Shown: positions 54,740 through 64,000 of the stretch, piece after piece
Position numbering within the stretch: the first letter of the stretch is position 1
Layout of the letters: each line of letters starts with the position of its first letter
From: Kudoa neothunni
Lineage: Eukaryota > Animalia > Cnidaria
DNA: 64,000 nt
Assembly (NCBI GenBank): GCA_964304625.1
Contig: OZ199838.1
Location: 7,929,397-7,993,396, forward strand
Direction of reading: 5' to 3'
Program-made: the position numbers and the translations under genes
Notes under the pieces: model-generated
Database searches by the model: none
What the model saw: only the letters and a program-made list of their open reading frames with translations
Told to the model about the DNA's origin: nothing

Positions 54740-55290
54740 AACATGAGTTCTTCTCAAGACGGAGGACGAAGCACCATATTAGAGAGATTACCATTAACGA
54801 TTGTAATCTCTCTATTATGACGTTGGATTAGGGTGGTCCCAAAAACCCATACCAGAGATTTGCATGGTTTTTCTCCTCCATTGGAGTTAAAGTAAAAACT
54901 CATCTATGGCACTTTGAACAATTTCTCCGTTATCGTTGATACTTGATGTTCGGTTTTTGGAGAAATTCGATATTTTATGACGTTCCATGTATCTTCGAAG
55001 GGATTTGTCGAATGTCCCAATTATAAAATCGAGTTGCGTTGATTTAACTCCAATCAACCGATAGTATCAAAATTCAATCACCTCATTTATTGATAACTTG
55101 CGCAAAGAAGAGAAAGTAGCATTGAAAAAGGATATTTTTTATACAACGCCATTGTTTGCGATCTACAGAGAATCCAATGTTTCCACAGTGAATACAATGG
55201 CTTGGTTTGTTTATTATCCGTTCATCCAATAGGAATTTTATTGCAGCATCTTCAGAATAGAAAATATTCGACAATTTCTTTACAGGAGGA
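54740..55290 (-). mobile_element. Merlin 5' remnant
   Basis: AIKFLLDERII..CIHCG..WRC zinc ribbon and a downstream LVWVFG-like motif. Confidence 0.55.
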
Positions 55291-55619
55291 ATAATTTTTA
55301 ATAGGAAAGACGGGGAGTCGCGGCGGTTTAGAGGCCCTTATGTGCAAAGCCAGCCAATATTGGATGTTTTGAAATTATAAATAATGACTTACACAATAAA
55401 CAACATCTCATTGGAGTAGTCTTCTACCTCAAATTGATTAAGAAGTTAACATACGATGATCGGAAAAATTCGTAACTTTTTCCCGGCAAATTATAACGTT
55501 GAAAAATATAGCATTAAAGCGGAAAAAATATAAACTATTTAGAATTTAAATTATATACACAACGAAAGGAGGAAAACTAGAATTAAGTCATATGCGTGAG
55601 AACATGCGCAGTAACGAGG

Positions 55620-56782
55620 ATGGACAATCCGTGGTCTTTCAACTGGGGAAAGCATTATAGACATTCGTTTGGAACTCGCTTTAAAAAATATCCAAGGCGT
55701 ACAAAGAAACAAGAAAAATTTTCCAGAAAGTTAATTAAATCTCCGGCTATTAAAACAAACACAGAAACTCTTCAGTTTTCAAAAGAAATTAATATCGAAT
55801 TTAATGCAAGAGATCCAGTTGAATCCGATTTCCGCGGAATAAAAATATTCCTTGATCGGGTTCGCATAATTATAATATTTTCATTATTTATAAATACATT
55901 TTAGCTGTTTATTGGTTCTTCAATAAATACAATAGCACTTACACGGCAAATAATACAAGAGTCTGATGCGTCCCTTGTGCTTACGGTAAATTTGAAGCGC
56001 TTATCATTATTTCGATACAATATAGAGCGACGATGATGACCAAATATTCGGATGTACTGCCGTAATATCATTGAACTCATCCCAAGTAATCCGTTAAATA
56101 TGTATATGTGACGATATTTTCTTAAATAGAATGATAACGAAGAGTGGATTAAAACCCGTAGAAAAATTTTAAAGAAAATCAGTGGGGTTCTAAAACCTAA
56201 AATGGATTCGGAAATGAGTTTAAAAAATCAACGAGTAGCTCTTGTTTTGAATGAAAGAATGATTAACATACCACCGCACATTTCACCTTTCATATTCAGC
56301 TCGATTAGGTTGCTTTTTAAATTATTAGAAATCAAAATTTACCCCGTTTTGGCTTGTTTAGTCATGAACTTAATAATGCAAAATCGGAGGTAAAATCCAG
56401 TAAAGATACATCATCGATTTCATTATTGCTTAGAGTCCTAACAATGCATTTGACCTTTATGTAATTATAAGCAAAACCATTTATAGCAAACAGAAAAGGG
56501 AAGTGATAGAATTTTTAAACGAAGAAGAGGGCTTACTATACAAGGTATAGAAGAATTCAGAATTTAATATTAACTAAAAATATAACGTGTTATTTCACGT
56601 AGATGGCAACATCTAATTCTACTGGGTTCTTTTTTGTAACCGAGTTTACTGGACCAGTATCGATTGGCGAAGAAAATGACGACGAAAAATCTGATAACAG
56701 CATAGAATGTTCTCGTCATATCTACCTCCTTGAGAAAAGTCAGTTTTTCAAGGGAGTTAGTGAGGTATTAAATTTTTATTAA
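55620..56782 (+). CDS. BCCIP: BRCA2 and CDKN1A-interacting protein (Bcp1 homolog); start codon uncertain
   Basis: INIEFNARDPVESDFRGIKIFLDRLF, DQIFGCTAVISL, ALVLNERMINIPPHISP, EFLNEEE; several short introns. Confidence 0.88.
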
Positions 56783-56841
56783 CAATTTCAAATAACGCTT
56801 GTTAAAGATCGAGTCTCTACGTTCAAATATTGAGAAAGATG

Positions 56842-58885
56842 CTATTTGAATAGATTTTTAATATTATTTTTGTCCATAATTTTAGTATTATATGAATCTT
56901 GTAAATCTTTGGCAACATGGTAGTCTTCATGCTCAAATACATCCATGTATTTTACGTTCTTAGAGCATTTCTCACATACAATGGTAGGCGCCATTGTTTC
57001 AGAGCAGTCACTAAATGAAAATATAGACTTGAAATAGCTGTAGCATTAGTCACAAATTTTCCATTGACGTAACATCATTAGATAAATCATTAAGAGAAAC
57101 TTGGGTACGCTTCTGTGTTTTAAATACTGTAATTGGTATAGTGTTTGAGGTAATAGGCCGATTGTGGGCAGAGGAAGGATAAACCTCAGAATCGTAAATA
57201 GGTACAAATTTAGTAAAGTTAACAAATATAGCGGACAAAGGCGGTTCCCTAATTAATGATGACGATTTAGTTTATGATAGTGGTAAATACCAAATAGTGA
57301 TGTTGTGTGATGAACTGAATTGTTTTAACGTTTCATAAGCCTTTTTGGCAATATCCTGCTTGGGAAGGATGTTGTTCTTAATTGTTCCTCTAAGGTTTAT
57401 TGTTCTGCTGTGTCTATCTCCTTTACGTGTAACAATTCCAACAACTAAAGATGTAGGATATCGTTTATACTAAAATAGGTTTAAATAGTAAAATATAAAA
57501 CATTCCAGTCAAGAGTTACTGTGTTCATATCGGAGGTTAATCGTGTATTGAGTTCTTCGCCAAATTGGTCCAACTTTTCTTTAACCTATACCACAAGTTT
57601 TTAAATGAAACGAAATACAACTTGCCTGACTGATTTTAGTGATCCTATCACCAAGTTTTTTACTGCAACCTATGGAAGATGCCATGTGCCGAATCTTGAC
57701 TTTGTCGTGGCAGATTCCTCGGCAGATATCATAAACCCATTGACTAAATTTTCAAATGACGAAAATTATTTAAAACATTCTTTGTTACCCGGTTCTGTCT
57801 CCATATTTTTGACGAAGAATTTCAGCAGAAACCGATACAGCTTGGCCGATATACTTTATATTGAAATCTCTTTTAATACTTTCACCCAATTTTCCACCCA
57901 AATTTCGTCTAAACATAGTCAATTAAGAGAATATTTTCTTAACACGCTAAATTAAAAATGGGTCCATATCTCCTATGTGTTCATAGAAGAGGTAGTAAAA
58001 ATTAATACTAATGAAATGAATTCCCACGATGGCATCTAGTCAACACATGACAGAAAAATATAAAAAAAATATTGGCTAATTTCGTTATTGGTCATTAGGA
58101 ACCATTTTATTAGAGGATAGAAATTACATATGTTTTATATCGGTTCGAGAAAGCAAATTTGGTATAAAATCATCAAGTAAGAGAGTTTGTTTCCCCGGTT
58201 TATTCATATTGGATACAAGCTTTGCTAGAACCTGCCACAAATCAAACTAACAGCTAGCAGCAGCAAAGTGATATCATATCTATACTTTATTCCTTGCTAT
58301 ACCAGCCGAACAGGTGTACCCAGTTTTATCAAATATAGCTTTTCGTATACGATTAGTTATAACAGCTCCAACGGCTAGTCTCAAACAATGTTGGTCATTT
58401 GTGAGCAAAAGTTCAAGGTCAGATTCGTTGGCCGATTTGTGGCTTAAAATAACACTCTCTGATGAAATTTTTGCTGTCAGCAAATTCTCATCAATCACAT
58501 CAATTTCATTATCAATAAGCAAATTTAAATCAATAAATGCTTCGTCAATACTAGCCCTTTCGTAGTGGTCGGTAAATGTTTGAATAACGCTAAATACTCT
58601 GTCACTGGCTTCTCGAAATTCCGTAAGATCAGCTCTTCCATCCTTTTCGTTAACATAAAAGATTTTAAGGTTTGGGCATATCTTTTGGGCATCGGTTAAT
58701 CGCATAATTTTATTAACGCCATAACTACGCGCTATGTAATTTGAAGCTAACAACCCTCCGCCAGTATATTGGCTTACTGCACAAGGTAATTTTCTGGCTT
58801 CGGGTTCCTTTTCTTGTTTTACCTGAACGTAGAAACAATCCATATCGATAAGCGCTACAATATCGTAAACACCGCCCGAGCTCAT
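56842..58885 (-). CDS. POLH: DNA polymerase eta (Y family), compact
   Basis: IDMDCFYVQV, PCAVSQY, ERASIDEAFIDL, CSAGIARNK|VLAKL..NKP, RNLGGKLG; UBZ CEKC..EHEDYHVAKDLQ; terminal IKNLFK*. Confidence 0.93.
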
Positions 58886-59040
58886 TTTATCATATTAGTC
58901 AATGTTCGTCTCGCGCTAAACCCATTAATCTACTGTCGTTAAACTTCCTTTTTATTTAATTTCATTATACTCTACTAAAATATTTAACCTATACAACTTA
59001 GATAATTTTATTAATAATATTTGCGCCATAAGCTGCACTA

Positions 59041-61849
59041 GGTAATGGTAAAGTATGTGACTCCAGAAAAACACCATCTTGCGCACGTTTTTTCTCGTTT
59101 TTTCTTTTTACGATTATCAATAATAAATCAAAAGAATATAGTGTGCAAATATTGAGCTAAAAGTAATTACTTCTAAATTTTTGCCTAATTCCTATTCGAC
59201 AACAGTCGGATGCACGTGTAATCTACATCGTTTTGCAATAAACACTGGAAAATAGCTTATTATTTGCTTATTTCACAAATTATCCAAAATTTATATTTTA
59301 TATTATTTTTATTAGCAATGGTATTAAATTTTTCTGCATTTATTTATCACGTGAAAACCGCTATAATGGAGCTTTTAGGTTTTAGAGGAGACGATGACTT
59401 TTTCTGTTTAATTAATGACCATGATAGTTTTTTTTTCATCTTAGTAGTAAGGGGGCTATCGAAAAGCTGCCCCAGAAAGATGTTTTAAGTGTTGGAATTA
59501 TAAAACCTTTACTTTAAAAAAGGGAAAAAATAAATGTAAGGGAGACCAATTGACCGATACTTCGTGTTACAGTAGAAGCAACATTGATTATTCTTTCACT
59601 TACAACTGTAAAAAGTACTTATCTTCTGTGAAATAACGACTTAATGTAATTAAGGTGTAAAACTAGTGTTTCCCCTCGAAATGGTACCTTTTTCTCTATG
59701 GGTTCTGTTGTATTTTTTAAATTACGCTTGAATAAGACACACACTTAAACGACACAACACCTCGTGATTATTGTTTTATAAACAATTAATGTTATTTTCA
59801 ATAAAGGATTACAGGTTCCGTTACCTCAACAACAAAATCAACGATAAAAAAATATTTAAAATACTTTATAACTGTTCGATGGACAATACCATTATGTCGA
59901 CCGGTTAGATGATAAATATTTCCAAACCTACCACTTCTTCATGGTTTCGCAAGATTAGAAAAGTATGCGTATCAAGTTTTGATTGAGGAGCGACAAAAAT
60001 TTGGTGGAGAAGATTACGTCATCGAAAATGATGAGACTCTTCTTCACGGCAAGAGGAAGCAAAATCAAGGGAGATACGGGGATCGTGTGGACGGCCCTTG
60101 GGTTTTCGGACTTTGTTTTTGCAAAATGGGCAACGATGGGAAAAGGCAGCTCATGGAAGGCCGTTATTTCTACGTCCAGAAAAGAGACTAGGGAACTCTT
60201 ATTCCAATCATCCAAAATGAGGTTCTTAAAGGATCTATCGTTTATAGCGATGAATGGAGAGCCTATAGTAACCTGAATTCACTTGGTTATAGGCATATAA
60301 AAATCAATCACTCAATTGAATATGTCAGAGACGGTGCCCATACAAACACCGTAGAAGCTTGTTAGGGGAGACTTAAAACAAAGTTTCTCGGAATTAAACG
60401 GGGTGTTTCATTCCATAATTTTCCCGAATATTTGTGGGAGAAAAATTTCAACTTTTAAATAATATACTGACAAAAATTATGTTACTATATTAATGTAGTT
60501 ATTAATAAGTCTATCACATTTTATATAAATGCATTTTTATTTGTTGAATTTAATGTAATAAATGTCAGAGGACGTATAATTAGAAATTTTAAATTGGAAG
60601 TTAGATATGTAAATAATAAATTTTTTGTGTTAAATTTTTCGAGTAAAAATAAATCAGGTTAATTCAAATTTATTTAAAATGAATACATTTGATAGTTCTA
60701 TTCACGGGAATATTAAAACTGGGAGAAAAATTAAACGTATGAATTTTCATACAACTGGTCATAAGTAAGTATGTTGCATAACACTCCAACTGCGCGTTCA
60801 TAGCATGGTAGGTGCTGCAAAGAATAATTTGGGCATAAAAAATAAACTAAAATTATAAACTATTATTTTGTATTAATGTCTTTCTTCGATGTTGTAGCCA
60901 TAAATATCAAAATACGATTAATATAATTATTGTCAGTTTCAATTTCTCGAGTAGTTGGTGTATACAAATTTTTTCACTAATAACTGTTGAGTCATGGGAA
61001 CTTCGACTTTCTGCGTGAGAAAAGTTAAACTAGTTTCCCATTCAAATGTTCCGTGGGAGAATAAGAGTACAAGTCGGGAAATATATGGTTGTCGGTAATT
61101 TCGATTTCTACGGCTGACAAGTTGGTCCTATGACCCGTTTTCCCTCCAAAGATAACCAACAACAGTTCCTCCACAATTTGGTACATGGGAATACGGCGAA
61201 TATGGACCACAGCAATGAACGATGACGAAATACTACTTTCCCACGGAACCCTCGCTGCACTAGTCATTTTTCCTCACCGCATCGAATTCTGGAACTGGCG
61301 CTCCTCGCTGTATTTAAGCCATATAATTTTCCCACTTTTTCAATTTCTCTCTTGTGTTCTTACTTGGATCTCTTTTTCTTTTGCGAACCTTACTGGATCC
61401 AACAATAACAATGTACAAATAAAAATTTATAAACTAAAATAAACAATTATAGATGTGACTAAATGTTTTAAAAGTTAATTTGACATTTAGAAATAAAGAT
61501 AGACGACACATTATTTCTTAATATCAGATAAGCTTATTTAGAAGGTTTACTAGCCTAAATTTGGTATGAAAAGCTTAAGAAAATTTAAATAATGGTTATC
61601 ATGTACTAATCAGGATAAAATATGCAAATAATAAGCTATTTTCCAGTGTTTATTGCAAAACGATGTAGATTACACGTGCATCCGACTGTTGTCGAATAGG
61701 AATTAGGCAAAAATTTAGAAGTAATTACTTTTAGCTCAATATTTGCACACTATATTCTTTTGATTTATTATTGATAATCGTAAAAGAAAAAACGAGAAAA
61801 AACGTGCGCAAGATGGTGTTTTTCTGGAGTCACATACTTTACCATTACC
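59041..61849 (+). mobile_element. Merlin element with near-perfect TIRs of about 227 bp and a decayed transposase
   Basis: GGTAATGGTAAAGTATGTGACTCC...GGAGTCACATACTTTACCATTACC; flanks GCTGCACTA/ACTGCATTA; GPWVFG, IVYSDEWRAY, INHS, HTNTVE. Confidence 0.9.
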
Positions 61850-62781
61850 ACTGCATTATCATATTCCAATATGAATAAAAACGATCCATAAATGACCTTA
61901 TGAAAATTAATCAAAATGATTACAAAAATAAACGATCTGTAACGATATAATTCGAGACATGGAAAATAATTTTATCGGCACGAAGCGATAACGAAATCGG
62001 TTGCTGCACTCGTGCTACACGGTTCGTACCGATTGCTCTGCCGTGATTATGCGACGAGTTATTTGCGGGTCTGGTTCGATCCAATGATTTCTTAATAAGA
62101 GTCGAACCCAACTAGAGGCTGAGTAAAGCTTTCGGGTGCTATTTTTAAGAGTTATTTCTTTTAATTCCCCGTTGATGCATATTTTACTGTTACTTTTCTC
62201 CTTCAAATTATATACTATGAAACGTATATAACTCAATTGGAGATATATAAAACCCTCCTCAAGTGTAGTGATAGCTTCTTAGTCTATCATAAGGGTTGGA
62301 GGAATATTTCTTGCTTTTAAATGAATAATTATTTAATTTAAAGTATGTCGTAAATATTGTTTTGTTTTGATTGAGATTATTGTGTGGTTTGTCTTACGGG
62401 CTTTCTTTTAAATGCTAAGTTTATGCGTCCTGTATTCTGTTCACCTGGATAATCAAGAATTACAAGGGTTCAATTAGCCATCTCAATAACTTTCATTTTC
62501 CCAGTAAATTAACCCATTCAAATATTTTTGCTCCTTGTTTTCTGGGAGCGAGTATATAAATTTTTGATGTTGGCTACATGTAGGTTTGGGTTATTAGCGA
62601 GATCAGGTCAAAACTAAAGTCTCTAAAGTGCGTGGACGCGATTAACCTTCCGAGTGATTCTGGGGTCTAATAGACCCCAGAGCCTGTTGGAATGATATTT
62701 TAGTGCATTTCCTGGTGTAGAGAGCGTTAAATATACCTTATATTTTTCCGAAAATATTACTTTTCTATAATGTTTAATTAA

Positions 62782-63303
62782 CCTTCTAAAGTCACTGGAA
62801 GATTTACACCCTCCGAGTAAAATTGGGGTATTTTTACACCCCACATTTTTTTTAAACCAAACGATTAAGAATTTTTATCTATTAAATTTGAAATTATAGA
62901 CCAATATTTCTAGCTACGCATGAACAGCGCACGCGCATAAACGAAATTGATCACATTGTAGAAGTAGAGTGTTATTGACAATACGTTTAAGATTCTATTT
63001 TAGGAAAACTTTTAAGTAGCATTATAATTATTTTGTCAAATGAACGAACAAAAGAATAATAATAATAATAATAAGATAAAATTGACAATTATCGGTTAAA
63101 ACAAATGCGACGTTTGTGCCTCATCTTGCTGCAAATTCCATTCCAATCATATTTGTTTTATTTGTTTAAATCGATAAATATACTTCAAAATTATCAAAAA
63201 TAATTATTTTCTAATTCTTAATCGTTTGGTTTAAAAAAAATGTGGGGTGTAAAAATACCCCAATTTTACTCAGAGGGTGGAAATTTTGCAGTGACTTAGA
63301 AGG
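62782..63303. mobile_element. piggyBac-type MITE
   Basis: TTAA|CCTTCTAAAGTCACTG ... CAGTGACTTAGAAGG|TTAA with inverted repeats of about 90 bp; lies just downstream of a second piggyBac-like end starting at 62646. Confidence 0.82.
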
Positions 63304-63373
63304 TTAATCATTTACATACGAAACAGCAGAAAAAAATAAAGGAAAGAATAAAGTTCCAATTTTCAATACAATG

Positions 63374-64000
63374 TTAGCAAAAATATTCCGACAGATCTTC
63401 AAGTTTGAGAATACCGGCATTCCCACCAGTAACAATCCATCCAAGACAACAAATATTTTCGTTTAACGCAACCTAAATCGAGATGACCAACAATAACAAC
63501 GGTAAAATGTAAAACTTTGTTAAGTGAAGCAGGGTTTAAAAGAGCACTCGATTCGTTAGGATTGACACAATTGCCCACATAATTAAGGCCTCTCTTGTTT
63601 TTGTAAAGTCTGTCAAACTCATTAAACACAAGCCCATTTTGGATCGAAGAGGCGAAAGGTTGTCTAACACTGTTACTCCATTCCTCCGTAGTACATAAAT
63701 TAAGTTGGGACGCTTTCTCTTTAGGAATTTCACTAACATCCATTATAGTATCTAAATTAGATTTTTCTGGTGCATAGCTTGGGTTAGTTCGTGTAGTCAG
63801 AGTGTAAACACACTAAATAAAGTACAGTTAAATCAAAACCACATTCAAAAACAAACACACAGCTTCGGCTCGACGCGAAGCTTTTGATCCTGCAAAATCT
63901 ACATTTTTATTTGTTACGAGACAATCACCATTAAATGTAGTTGCTGCTATGAATCCACTGTAATTACAAACGCTCATATCCTTAAAGCAACGAATCAGTT
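63374..64000 (-). CDS. GTF3C2: 3' exons of a WD40 protein resembling TFIIIC subunit 2 (Tfc6); gene runs off the window
   Basis: After splicing, ends SLNK|VALNENICCLGWIVTGGNAGILKLEDLSEYFC*, matching the recalled GTF3C2 C-terminal pattern (IHKVRFSPNL..GWLVSGGQSGLVR); upstream exon DMSVCNYSGFIAATTFNGDCL. Confidence 0.6.

Noticed and set aside
61920-62240. Minus-strand ORFs next to the Merlin element
   Set aside because: No recognisable homology or gene structure.

Overview
AT-rich eukaryotic (metazoan-type) nuclear DNA with very short GT-AG introns (mostly about 25-50 bp). It resembles a compact parasite genome such as an orthonectid or myxozoan, which is inference only. Six host genes can be supported: a divergent 3-finger KLF/WT1-like zinc-finger gene missed by the ORF track, GDP-L-fucose synthase, a 2-RRM hnRNP A/Musashi-type protein, BCCIP, DNA polymerase eta, and the 3' end of a probable GTF3C2 (TFIIIC WD40 subunit). 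They sit among dense, often nested transposons: piggyBac (one with an intact ORF), Merlin/IS1595-like, MULE, hAT-Buster, pogo, Tc1/IS630, three non-autonomous Helitron families, Gypsy, Copia, MITEs and a tRNA-SINE. The most unusual observations are (1) a tRNA-headed SINE whose roughly 430-nt body is highly structured and carries group-I-intron-like core motifs, (2) a 121-bp solo LTR containing a tRNA-like Pol III cassette, (3) Helitrons stacked exactly head-to-tail, one having swapped its 3' terminus for another family's, and (4) host-style mini-introns in transposases of three superfamilies, with a position conserved between two Merlin copies. All calls were made by eye, so coordinates of degenerate remnants are approximate.
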